A stretch of 50,929 nt of DNA from contig JAYRLX010000001.1 of NCBI GenBank assembly GCA_041905125.1, forward strand, positions 1 through 50,929. Direction: 5' to 3'. A program made the translations under genes and the position numbers. Below the pieces are notes generated by a model. That model had not been told where the DNA came from, did not search any database, and saw only the letters and a list, made by a program, of their open reading frames with translations. This stretch comes from Caulobacter sp. Lineage in GTDB: Bacteria; Pseudomonadota; Alphaproteobacteria; Caulobacterales; Caulobacteraceae. This document shows positions 26,984-36,074 of the stretch, piece after piece (within the stretch, counting starts at the first letter, position 1; every line of letters begins with the position of its first letter).

Positions 26984-28651
26984 ATGACCGGGATCATCGA
27001 GGCCGACTACGTCATCGTGGGCGCGGGCTCGGCGGGCTGCGTGCTGGCCGCGCGGCTGTCCGAGGGCGGCAAGTTCAACGTCCTGCTGCTGGAGGCCGGC
27101 GGCGATGACCGGCCGACCAAGAACCTCTCCCAGTTCGCCTCGAACCTGATGATCCACATCCCGGTCGGCTATTCGTCGACGCTGAAGGATCCCAAGGTCA
27201 ATTGGCTCTACACGACCGAGCCGGATCCCGGCACCGGCGGCCGCAGCCACGTCTGGCCGCGCGGCAAGGTGCTGGGCGGCTCGTCCTCGATCAACGGCCT
27301 GCTCTACATCCGCGGCCAGCACGCCGACTATGACGGCTGGCGGCAGCTGGGCTGCGCGGGCTGGGGCTGGGACGATGTCGCGCCCTACTTCCGCCGGGCC
27401 CAGCATCAGGAGCGGGGCGACTGCGAATGGCACGCCACCGGCGGGCCGCTGAACGTCTCGGACGTGACGACCAAGCACCCCGTCTCTGACGCCGTCATCG
27501 CCGCCTGCGAGCAGGCCGGCATCCCGCGCAACGACGACGTCAACGCCGGCGCCCAGGAAGGCGCGACCTACTACCAGCTGACGGTCAAGAACGGTCAGCG
27601 CTGCTCGGCGGCCGTGGCCTATCTGCACCCGGCGATGAACCGACCCAACCTCCAGGTCGAGACCAACGCCCTGGCCGGCCGCATCCTGTTCGAGGGCAAG
27701 CGCGCGGTCGGTGTCGAGTTCCGTCAGAACGGCCAGAAGCGCGTGGCCATGGCGCGCGCCGAGGTCATCTTGGCCGGCGGCGCCATCAACTCGCCCCAGC
27801 TGCTGCAGCTGTCGGGCGTCGGCCCCGGCGAACTGCTGAACCGCCACGGGACCGAGGTCGTCGCCGACCTGCCTGGCGTCGGCGAGAACCTGCAGGACCA
27901 CTACGTGATGAGCGTCCGCTATCGCCTGAAGGCGGGCGTGGTCTCGGTCAACGAACAGAGCAAGGGCGGACGCCTGGCCGGCGAAGCCCTGAAGTACCTC
28001 TTCCAGCGCAAGGGCCTGCTGACCCTGTCGGCGGCGCACATCGCGGCCTTCTGCAAGTCCCGTCCCGACCTCGCGGGACCCGATATCCAGTTCCACATCC
28101 TGCCCGCGACCATGGACCTGGATAAGCTGGTCAACGAGCAGAAGATGGAGCTGGAGGCCGCGCCGGGCCTGACCATCGCGCCCTGCCAGCTGCGTCCGGA
28201 AAGCCGCGGCCACATCCGCATCAAGTCGCCCGATCCCGGCGTCTATCCGGCGATCTTCGCCAACTACCTGGCCGACCCTCTTGACCAGGAGGTCGCCGTC
28301 GCAGGCTTGAAGTGGGCGCGCAAGATCGGGGAGGCGCCGGCGCTGGCGCCCTACGTCGATCACGAGATGGACCCCGGGGCGGCGGTCGCCAGCGACGCCC
28401 AGCTGCTGGAGTTCGCGCGCCTGGCCGGCTCGACCATCTATCATCCGGTCGGCACCTGCCAGATGGGCCGTGGGCCGATGGCGGTCGTCGATGACCAGTT
28501 GCGCGTGCGGGGCCTGGAAGGCCTGCGCGTGGTCGACGCCTCGATCATGCCGCGCCTCGTCTCGGGCAACACCAACGCCCCCACCATCATGATCGCGGAG
28601 AAGGCCTCGGACATGATCCTGGGCCGCGCCGCCCTTTCCGCCGCCGCCTGA
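26984..28651 (+). CDS. GMC-family oxidoreductase (choline/alcohol dehydrogenase-like)
   Basis: GAGSAG, RGKVLGGSSSING, GENLQDH, YHPVGTC and GNTNAP motifs. Confidence 0.94.
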   Translation: MTGIIEADYVIVGAGSAGCVLAARLSEGGKFNVLLLEAGGDDRPTKNLSQFASNLMIHIPVGYSSTLKDPKVNWLYTTEPDPGTGGRSHVWPRGKVLGGSSSINGLLYIRGQHADYDGWRQLGCAGWGWDDVAPYFRRAQHQERGDCEWHATGGPLNVSDVTTKHPVSDAVIAACEQAGIPRNDDVNAGAQEGATYYQLTVKNGQRCSAAVAYLHPAMNRPNLQVETNALAGRILFEGKRAVGVEFRQNGQKRVAMARAEVILAGGAINSPQLLQLSGVGPGELLNRHGTEVVADLPGVGENLQDHYVMSVRYRLKAGVVSVNEQSKGGRLAGEALKYLFQRKGLLTLSAAHIAAFCKSRPDLAGPDIQFHILPATMDLDKLVNEQKMELEAAPGLTIAPCQLRPESRGHIRIKSPDPGVYPAIFANYLADPLDQEVAVAGLKWARKIGEAPALAPYVDHEMDPGAAVASDAQLLEFARLAGSTIYHPVGTCQMGRGPMAVVDDQLRVRGLEGLRVVDASIMPRLVSGNTNAPTIMIAEKASDMILGRAALSAAA

Positions 28652-28664
28652 TCGGGAGACGACG

Positions 28665-30203
28665 ATGCACCCCTTCCACCACGCCCAGACCCAGGCCGAC
28701 AAGGCCGCCTATGTCATGGCCGGTTCCGGCGAGACCGTGACCTACGGCCAGCTCGACGCCCGCTCCAACCAGGGCGCGCACCTCTTCCGCGCGCTGGGCC
28801 TGAAGCGCGGCGACGTCATCGCCCTGATGATGGAGAACAACGCCCGCTACTTCGAAATCGCCTGGGCGGCCCAACGCGCCGGGCTCTACTTCGTCTGCGT
28901 CTCGACCAAGCTGACGGCGGGCGAGGCCCAGTACATCCTCGAGGACTGCGGGGCCAAGGTGTTCATCACCTCGCCGGCCATGGGCCCGGTCATCGACGAG
29001 ATCGCCAAGGCCTTGCCCGGCCTGACGCTGTACGCCGTCGGCGGCGCCCACGCCCCCTATGCCGACTTCGAGACCGCCCGCGCGCCGATGCCGACGACGC
29101 CGATCGCCGACGAGAGCGCGGGTTCGGACATGCTCTATTCGTCGGGCACCACCGGCCGGCCCAAGGGGGTAAAGCCTGCGCTCAGCGACCAGCCGATCGA
29201 CGCGCCCCACGCCCTGCAGATGATGGCCCAGGGCCTGTTCGGCTTCACCGGCGACAGCGTCTATCTCTCGCCCGCGCCGTTGTACCACGCCGCCCCGCTG
29301 CGCTGGTGCATGGTCGTCCACAAGCTGGGCGGCACGGTGATCGTCATGGAGAAGTACGAGCCCGAGGCGGCCCTCGCGCTCATCGAGAAATACAAGGTCA
29401 CCTGCGGCCAGTTCGTACCCACCCACTTCGTGCGGATGCTGAAGCTGCCGGAGGACGTCCGCGCCAAGTACGACGTCTCGTCGATGAGGTCGGCGATCCA
29501 CGCCGCCGCCCCCTGCCCCGTGCCGGTCAAGGAGCAGATGATCGCCTGGTGGGGCCCGGTGATCTACGAGTACTACGCCGGCACCGAGGGCAACGGCTTC
29601 TGCTGGATCAATTCGCAGAACTGGCTGACCCACAAGGGCAGCGTGGGCCAGGCGGTGCTGGGCGAGCTGCGGATCTGCGACGAGAACGGCGACCCCGTCC
29701 CGCCGCGCACGGAGGGCACGGTCTACTTCGCCAACGGCCCGGCGGTAAACTACCACAACGCGCCTGAGAAGACCGCCGAGAGCTACAACAAGCACGGCTG
29801 GACCACCCTGGGCGACGTGGGCTGGGTCGACGAGGAGGGCTATCTCTACCTCACCGACCGCAAGAGCTTCATGATCATCTCGGGCGGGGTGAACATCTAT
29901 CCGCAGGAGATCGAGAACCTGCTGATCACCCACCCCAAGGTCGCCGACGCCGCCGTGGTCGGCGCGCCTTGCGAGGAGATGGGCGAGAAGGTCGTGGCGG
30001 TCATCCAGCCCCTGAACTTCGGCGACGACCAGGTCGCCCTGGCCGAAGAGCTGATGACCTTCGCCCGCGCCAATCTCAGCCACGTGAAGTCGCCGCGCCG
30101 CATCGACTTCATGGCCGAACTGCCCAGGCACCCGACCGGCAAGCTCTACAAGCGGCTGATCCGCGACGCCTATTGGGGCAAGGGCGAGAGCCGGATCGTC
30201 TGA
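28665..30203 (+). CDS. Acyl-CoA synthetase
   Basis: YSSGTTGRPKG, YYAGTEG and IISGGVNIYPQEIE motifs. Confidence 0.94.
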   Translation: MHPFHHAQTQADKAAYVMAGSGETVTYGQLDARSNQGAHLFRALGLKRGDVIALMMENNARYFEIAWAAQRAGLYFVCVSTKLTAGEAQYILEDCGAKVFITSPAMGPVIDEIAKALPGLTLYAVGGAHAPYADFETARAPMPTTPIADESAGSDMLYSSGTTGRPKGVKPALSDQPIDAPHALQMMAQGLFGFTGDSVYLSPAPLYHAAPLRWCMVVHKLGGTVIVMEKYEPEAALALIEKYKVTCGQFVPTHFVRMLKLPEDVRAKYDVSSMRSAIHAAAPCPVPVKEQMIAWWGPVIYEYYAGTEGNGFCWINSQNWLTHKGSVGQAVLGELRICDENGDPVPPRTEGTVYFANGPAVNYHNAPEKTAESYNKHGWTTLGDVGWVDEEGYLYLTDRKSFMIISGGVNIYPQEIENLLITHPKVADAAVVGAPCEEMGEKVVAVIQPLNFGDDQVALAEELMTFARANLSHVKSPRRIDFMAELPRHPTGKLYKRLIRDAYWGKGESRIV

Positions 30204-30243
30204 CGGGCTGACAAGCGGGGCGACGCGCCCCTAACTAGGCCGC

Positions 30244-31710
30244 ATGTTCGCCGCCCTGCTCGACCGCCTGCCCAAGACCGCCACTGCGCCCTTCTGCCCG
30301 TCGGAAGTACGCGGCGCGGTCGCCGTGCCCGAGGGCCTGCCGGCCTGGAAGCGGATGCTACGCGTGGCGGGCCCTGGCCTGCTGGTCAGCGTCGGCTACA
30401 TGGATCCCGGCAACTGGGCCACCGACATCGAGGCTGGCGCGCGCTACGGCACGTCCCTGCTGTTCGTGGTGGTGCTGTCGAGCCTGGCGGCCATCGTGCT
30501 GCAGACCCTGTCGATGCGGCTGGGCCTCGTCACCGGCAAGGACCTGGCCCGCATGTCGCGCAAGCGGTTCGGGCCGCGCACGGTCAAGGTCCAGTGGCTG
30601 CTGGCGGAGCTGGCCATCATCGCCTGCGACATCGCCGAGGTGCTGGGCTCGGCCCTGGCCTTCAAGCTGCTGCTGGGCGTGCCGCTGTGGGGCGGCGTGC
30701 TGCTGACGGCGCTGGACACGATCATCGTGCTGGGCCTGAAGGGCAAGGGCTTCCGGCAACTGGAAGCCATCATCCTGGGCCTGATCTCGACCGTCGGGAT
30801 CTGTTTCCTCGTCCAGCTGATCCTGGCCCCGCCGAACGCGGCCGACGTGGCGCGCGGCCTGGTCCCCTCGCTGGACGCCCTGAAACAGGGCAACGCGCTG
30901 TATCTGGCGATCGGCATCCTGGGCGCGACGATCATGCCGCATAACCTGTACCTGCATTCCTCGATCGTGCAGACGCGGCTGACGCCCGCGGACGAGCCGG
31001 GCAAGCGCGCGGCGATCCGGCTGTCGACCATCGACACCGTGGTCTCCCTGCTGCTGGCCCTGCTGATCAACGCCGCCATCCTGATCCTGGCGGCGTCGGC
31101 GTTCCACGGCTCGGGCCTCACCGAGGTGGCGGGCATCGAGGAGGCGCACCGGCTGCTGGCCCCCGTCACCGGCGGCGCCCTGGCCGGGGTGCTGTTCGCC
31201 ATCGCCCTGTTCGCCTCGGGCCAGAGCTCGACCTTCACCGGGACCATCGCCGGCCAGGTGATCCTGGAGGGCTTTCTCAATTTGAAGATCCCCTGCTGGC
31301 AGCGGCGGCTGATCACCCGGGCCTTGGCCATCGTCCCGGCCCTGATCGGGGTCCTGACGCTGGGCGAGCACTCGGTCGGCAAGCTTCTGGTCCTGACCCA
31401 GGTCGTCTTGTCGGCCCAGCTGCCGTTCGCCATCTGGCCGCTGCTGCGCTTCACCGACGACAAGGCGTTGATGGGCCCGTTCGCCAATGGCGTGGCGACC
31501 AAGGCCTTGGCCTGGTTCCTGTTCGTGGTGATCTCGGCGGCCATTGTCTGGCTGGTCGTTTCGACACTCTCATACGCCCCCTTCCCCCTTGGTGGGGGGT
31601 CGGGGGGGGGGTGGGGGGTGACGCCGTTCGACGGAATGGCGCTGCATCCGACGGCTGCATCACCCCCACCCTACCCTCCCCCATCAAGGGGGAGGGAAAG
31701 CTTGCCCTAA
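30244..31710 (+). CDS. mntH: Nramp-family Mn2+ transporter (3' end runs into a palindromic repeat)
   Basis: GYMDPGNW, IMPHNLYLHS and GTIAGQ motifs. The last ~45 codons are repeat-derived. Confidence 0.9.
   Translation: MFAALLDRLPKTATAPFCPSEVRGAVAVPEGLPAWKRMLRVAGPGLLVSVGYMDPGNWATDIEAGARYGTSLLFVVVLSSLAAIVLQTLSMRLGLVTGKDLARMSRKRFGPRTVKVQWLLAELAIIACDIAEVLGSALAFKLLLGVPLWGGVLLTALDTIIVLGLKGKGFRQLEAIILGLISTVGICFLVQLILAPPNAADVARGLVPSLDALKQGNALYLAIGILGATIMPHNLYLHSSIVQTRLTPADEPGKRAAIRLSTIDTVVSLLLALLINAAILILAASAFHGSGLTEVAGIEEAHRLLAPVTGGALAGVLFAIALFASGQSSTFTGTIAGQVILEGFLNLKIPCWQRRLITRALAIVPALIGVLTLGEHSVGKLLVLTQVVLSAQLPFAIWPLLRFTDDKALMGPFANGVATKALAWFLFVVISAAIVWLVVSTLSYAPFPLGGGSGGGWGVTPFDGMALHPTAASPPPYPPPSRGRESLP
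31577..31698. repeat. GC-rich palindromic REP/MITE-like element
   Basis: Arm tcacccccaccctaccctcccccatcaagggggaggg is imperfectly complementary to the left arm cccttcccccttggtgggggg...ggggtga. Confidence 0.7.
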
Positions 31711-31759
31711 GCGGTGCGCCATGCCACCTATCCAAACAACTGTTTGGGAGAAAAACGCC

Positions 31760-32206
31760 ATGAAAGAAGTCGCCTACGCCGACCTCGCCGGCCTAGTGGG
31801 CCAGGAGCTTGGGGTGTCCGACTGGGTCGAGATCACTCAGGAGCGCGTGAACCTGTTCGCCGAAGCCACCGGCGACCACCAGTGGATCCACGTCGACGTC
31901 GAACGCGCCACCAAGGAGATCGGCGGCCCGATCGCCCACGGCTTTCTGACCCTGTCGCTGATCCCGATGCTGGGCGCGGGCATCCTGCGCGTTACCGGCG
32001 TCACGCGCGGCATCAACTACGGCTGCGACAAGGTCCGCTTCACCGGCATGGTCCGGGTCGGCAAGCGCGTGCGCATGCGCCAGAAACTGGTCAGCGTCGA
32101 GCCCAAGGCCGGCGGCCTGCAGATGAAGAACGAGTGCACGATCGAGATCGAGGGCGAGGAGCGTCCGGCTTGCGTCGCCGAGACCATCTCGGTCATCTAC
32201 GGCTAG
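31760..32206 (+). CDS. MaoC-family dehydratase
   Basis: FAEATGDHQWIHVD and IAHGFLTLSL motifs. Confidence 0.92.
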   Translation: MKEVAYADLAGLVGQELGVSDWVEITQERVNLFAEATGDHQWIHVDVERATKEIGGPIAHGFLTLSLIPMLGAGILRVTGVTRGINYGCDKVRFTGMVRVGKRVRMRQKLVSVEPKAGGLQMKNECTIEIEGEERPACVAETISVIYG

Positions 32207-32218
32207 GCGGTTCGCCGA

Positions 32219-32259
32219 CCTTGGACCGCTGAATCGCGTTAGCATTCAGCGGTCCAAGG
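32219..32259. promoter_or_regulatory. Perfect 16-bp inverted repeat covering the osmC-family SD
   Basis: ccttggaccgctgaat-cgcgttagc-attcagcggtccaagg; the SD aaggag lies at 32256-32261. Confidence 0.55.
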
Positions 32260-32267
32260 AGCGGCGC

Positions 32268-32738
32268 ATGGCCAAGCAACACGACTACACCAGCCTGATC
32301 GAATGGACTGGCGACCGGGGCCAGGGCACCCGGACGTATCGCGGCTATGACCGCACCTGGAACATCGCCACGCCGGGCAAGCCGGTGGTGAACTGCTCCA
32401 ACGACCCGCTGCTGGGCGGCGACCCGACGCTGCACAATCCCGAGGACCTGCTGCTGTCCTCGCTCAGCGCCTGCCACATGCTGTGGTACCTGCACCTGGC
32501 GTCCAGCGCCGGCATCGTGGTGCGCGGCTATCGCGACCAGCCGCTCGGCGTCGGCGAGAGCATGCCCGACGGGGCTGGCCGCTTCCTGCGCGCGACGCTG
32601 CGGCCGCACATCGTGGTGGAGCACGGCGCCGACCTCGCCAAGGCCGACGCCATCCATCACGAGATTCACAAGGTCTGCTTCATCGCCCGGTCGGTGAACT
32701 TCCCGGTCGACTACGCGGCGACCTACGAGGAGGTCTGA
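32268..32738 (+). CDS. OsmC family protein
   Basis: NPEDLLLSSLSACHMLWYL and HKVCFIARSV motifs. Confidence 0.9.
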   Translation: MAKQHDYTSLIEWTGDRGQGTRTYRGYDRTWNIATPGKPVVNCSNDPLLGGDPTLHNPEDLLLSSLSACHMLWYLHLASSAGIVVRGYRDQPLGVGESMPDGAGRFLRATLRPHIVVEHGADLAKADAIHHEIHKVCFIARSVNFPVDYAATYEEV

Positions 32739-32773
32739 GGTCCCTCGGCGGGCCCCGACCTCCCCTTTCGCGT

Positions 32774-34678
32774 CTACTTCGCAGCCGGCACGACCGGGAA
32801 CTCGACGTAGGACGCCTGGCCCACCGCATGGTGCACCGCATTGCGGGCGACGACGAAAGCGGTCTCCTTCTCATTGTCGCCGCCAGTATTCAGGTTACGG
32901 ACGAACTTGGGGAAGTTCGACGAGGTGACCTCGATGCGGATGCGATGCCCGGGCAGGAAGGTGTTGCTGGTGGTGATCGGCGTCGGCTTCACCACGCTGA
33001 CCGCGCCGGAAGCCAGCATCTTGGGCTTGTCGTAGCCGTCGCGATAACGGGCCCGCATGATGGTGTCGCCGATGATGTAGGCCGTGCCGTCCGGCGCCAC
33101 GTCGACCAGCTTCACGGCGAAGTCGGTGTCCTTGGCGTCCGACGAGACGTGCAGCACGGGCCGGACGAAGCCGGTGACCTCCATGGCTTCGGTCAGGGGT
33201 TCGCTGGTGTAGACGAGCACGTCGTCGCGGGCCTCGACAGGGCGCTGGTCGAAGGCGCCAGCGATGACCAGACCGCCGTTGCAGCAATCGCCGCCGCCGA
33301 TGGTCTGCACCGGATTGGCCGGATCGTACACGTAGCGGTCGGGCTTCTCGCCGGCCGCGGGGGCCGAGGTCGAGAGCTTGCCGTCGCCGTTCAGGCTGTT
33401 GGCCCGTCCGCTGGAGCGCAGATAGAAGCGCACCGTCTTGGCCTGCTGGGGCGGCCACTGGGCGGCCTGGCGCCAGGCGTTCGCGCCCATGGAGTAGTAG
33501 CGCACCGGCGGCGTGGAGGCCGGGAACGCGGCCGCATCCCCCTTCAGCCAGTGGTCGAAGAAGGCGTAGACCTCCTTCTCGGCGTCGAAATCGATCGAGC
33601 CCATGGCGCGGTCGCCGGATTTGTAGGGACCGCTGAGAACCTTCGACGTAAAGCCGCAATGGTTCGAGGGCGTGACCACGACGTACTGGTTGGCGCTGGC
33701 CTCCTTGTCGGAGTTCACCTTCCGAGCATGGTTGAACAGCGCCATGTTTGGGCCGATCGACACGTCGTACCAGGAATTGAACCACAGGGCCGGCACGCCC
33801 CAGCCCATGTCGTCGTGATAGAGGCCGCCCTTGCGCCAGGCCGGATCCGCGGGCCCCTTGCGATTGATCAGCTCCTCGAACGTGCCGGCCGGCTCGCCCA
33901 GGTCCTTGAGCATGTCGGCGACCGGCAGGTGACGGATCTGCTTGGGCCAGTCCACGACCGGCTTGTTCGGCGCCAGGTCGTTGTAGCGGGCGATCCGCGC
34001 CATGGTTGGCTGGTCCAGCCCCTTGGGCGGCTGCGGGTTCAGCGGATTGTCGACGCCATACAGCCACACGAAGAACAGGTTGCGCGGCACGCCGCCCGTG
34101 TACCAGTTCCCCTGCTCCTCGAACTCGCCGACCTTGCCGATCCCCGCGCCGGAGGATTGCGGCACCATGGCCGCGTGGGCCGGGTGGTTCTGGGCCGCCA
34201 GCGCCAGCTGCCATTCAGCGGAGGACGAGCATCCGCGCGTGCCGACCTTGCCGTTCGACCACGGCTGCTGGGCGATCCAGGTCAGGGTGTCGTAGCCGTC
34301 GGTCTGCGGCTTGCCGAGGATCTCCCACTCGCCCTCGGAATAGAACCGGCCGCGCTCGTTCTGCAGCACCAGGGCGTAGCCGTGCTTGATCGCCTCCAGC
34401 GCGTTGAGGCTGCTGCGGACCTTGTAGGAGAGCTCGTTGTACGGCGTCTTGATCAGGATGGTGGGCAGCGGGCCCTTGGCGCCCTTGGGCCGGTAGATGT
34501 TCGTCGCCAGCCGCACGCCGTCGCGCATCGGGACCATTTCGAACATCGTCACGTCGGCCTTTTGGGCCAGCTCACGCTCGATGGCCGCGTCGGAAAACTG
34601 GGAATAGTCCTGCGCCCAGCTCGGCGACGCCGTCGCCAGGGCGATCACCGCCGCACACACCTTCGCCGAAACACGCAT
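32774..34678 (-). CDS. CocE/NonD family hydrolase, exported
   Basis: Signal peptide, MVPMRDGVRLAT, RGRFYSEG, WSNGKVG and GHRIRIEVTSSNFP motifs. Confidence 0.9.
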   Translation of the reverse strand: MRVSAKVCAAVIALATASPSWAQDYSQFSDAAIERELAQKADVTMFEMVPMRDGVRLATNIYRPKGAKGPLPTILIKTPYNELSYKVRSSLNALEAIKHGYALVLQNERGRFYSEGEWEILGKPQTDGYDTLTWIAQQPWSNGKVGTRGCSSSAEWQLALAAQNHPAHAAMVPQSSGAGIGKVGEFEEQGNWYTGGVPRNLFFVWLYGVDNPLNPQPPKGLDQPTMARIARYNDLAPNKPVVDWPKQIRHLPVADMLKDLGEPAGTFEELINRKGPADPAWRKGGLYHDDMGWGVPALWFNSWYDVSIGPNMALFNHARKVNSDKEASANQYVVVTPSNHCGFTSKVLSGPYKSGDRAMGSIDFDAEKEVYAFFDHWLKGDAAAFPASTPPVRYYSMGANAWRQAAQWPPQQAKTVRFYLRSSGRANSLNGDGKLSTSAPAAGEKPDRYVYDPANPVQTIGGGDCCNGGLVIAGAFDQRPVEARDDVLVYTSEPLTEAMEVTGFVRPVLHVSSDAKDTDFAVKLVDVAPDGTAYIIGDTIMRARYRDGYDKPKMLASGAVSVVKPTPITTSNTFLPGHRIRIEVTSSNFPKFVRNLNTGGDNEKETAFVVARNAVHHAVGQASYVEFPVVPAAK

Positions 34679-34788
34679 CTTGCTCTCCCCTCGGATGCTT
34701 TCAGCAAACCATCCGCGGGCGGAGGCTCAAGCCACTTTTTTGATCATCGCTCACCGGAGAACCGGCCCCAGGGCGGCTCCCGAGCAGC

Positions 34789-34821
34789 AAAAAGGCCGCC
34801 GGATCGCTCCGGCGGCCTTTT
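34789..34821 (-). terminator. Rho-independent terminator (csbD; bidirectional)
   Basis: aaaaaggccgccgga-tcgc-tccggcggcctttt. Confidence 0.85.
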
Positions 34822-34841
34822 CATCAGTCGTAGGCTGGCGT

Positions 34842-35024
34842 TCAGCGCTTGATCGCGTCGCCGATCTTGTCCTGAGCCTGGCCGACCTTGTTCTGGATGT
34901 CGCCCTTGGTCTTCTGGGCCGCGCCCTCGGCTTCCAGGCGCTCGTTGTCGGTCATCTTGCCGACCGCTTCCTTGGTGGCGCCGGCAGCCTTGTCCATCGC
35001 GCCTTCGATACGGTTGGTGCTCAT
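34842..35024 (-). CDS. CsbD family general stress protein
   Basis: NRIEGAMDKAAGATKEAVGKMTDNERLEAEG. Confidence 0.9.
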   Translation of the reverse strand: MSTNRIEGAMDKAAGATKEAVGKMTDNERLEAEGAAQKTKGDIQNKVGQAQDKIGDAIKR

Positions 35025-35062
35025 GGTCTGTCTCCTGCGATGCTGTTGTGCGTCGCAGAAGA

Positions 35063-35088
35063 AACGGCCCTGGAGCGCCTTCCGTTCC
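35063..35088 (-). promoter_or_regulatory. SigmaT/EcfG general-stress promoter of csbD
   Basis: The minus strand reads GGAAC-N17-CGTT. Confidence 0.8.
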
Positions 35089-35091
35089 GAG

Positions 35092-35940
35092 CTAGTGAGA
35101 GGCTCCCATGGCCATGGCCGAGATCGCGACGGCGGGCGTCGCGCCGGGCATGGCCGGCTCGGGCTTGGCGGCGCGAGCCTGGGTCACCGTCGCGCCCGGG
35201 ACCTTGTCGAGCAGGGCCAGGGTCTCGCGGATGAACTTGGCGTGGGTGACGATGCCGATCTCCAGCCGCTCGCCCGACAGCTCGACCTGCTGGGTCAGTA
35301 GACCCGCCACGAACTGCACTTCTTGGCTCTCGCTGGCGCCCGGCCGGCGACGCGCGCCCTCGGCCATGAACACAGGGCCGCCCGAATTGCCGGGGAACAC
35401 CGAGAAGTCCATCAGGAAGGTCGGGAAGTTGGTCGCCGGCGCCAGCGGATACGAGGCCACGCGGCCGGACCGCAGGATCGGGAAACCCGCCGGGTTGGCG
35501 GAGAGGCCGCGTGGGAAGCCCAGCGCCATCATCTCGTCGCCGGGGCCGAGGTTGTATTTGTTGAAGGTGTCGTCCTGCGCCAAGTAGTTCAGCGGGATCG
35601 CCGCCTTAGCGAACTCGGGCGGCGCCTCGACCACCATGGCCGCGACGTCGCGGGTCGGATGCTTGATCCAAAGCGGATGGTCGCCGTCGCGGATTTTCAG
35701 CGTCTCGGGATCGTAGCGCCAGACGCCCTCGGCGCCCTGGATGCGATAGCCGATCCGAGCCGACATCGACGGCATCTTCTCGAACACGTGGGCGGCGGTG
35801 ACCAGGATGGTGCGCGGCTTGCCGTCCGGAGTCGGATCGGACACCAGAAAGCCTGTTCCCACCGTGCGGGAGCCATCGCCCAGAGGCTGCTCCAGTTGCA
35901 CCGTCGCCTTGATCAGGTCGACGGACAGATCCCACGCCAT
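35092..35940 (-). CDS. Trypsin-like serine protease
   Basis: GTGFLV, LVTAAHV, DVAA and PGNSGGP motifs. Confidence 0.88.
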   Translation of the reverse strand: MAWDLSVDLIKATVQLEQPLGDGSRTVGTGFLVSDPTPDGKPRTILVTAAHVFEKMPSMSARIGYRIQGAEGVWRYDPETLKIRDGDHPLWIKHPTRDVAAMVVEAPPEFAKAAIPLNYLAQDDTFNKYNLGPGDEMMALGFPRGLSANPAGFPILRSGRVASYPLAPATNFPTFLMDFSVFPGNSGGPVFMAEGARRRPGASESQEVQFVAGLLTQQVELSGERLEIGIVTHAKFIRETLALLDKVPGATVTQARAAKPEPAMPGATPAVAISAMAMGASH

Positions 35941-36074
35941 GTCGCCCCCTTCGTTACGCTTACTAAAACCACTGCGCCCGACCGCTTTGCGAGTTTGACC
36001 ACAGGTTTTTCGCACCGCAAGTTGTCGTTCTGCCGCAGTCGGGCGTTGTGCAGGGTTACGGGGAAATTTCTCGC

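Noticed and set aside
24323..28702. Very long ORFs 24323-26803(+) and the upstream extension of the P450 ORF to 28702
   Set aside because: Antisense shadows of real high-GC genes; the P450 has its own start at 26764.
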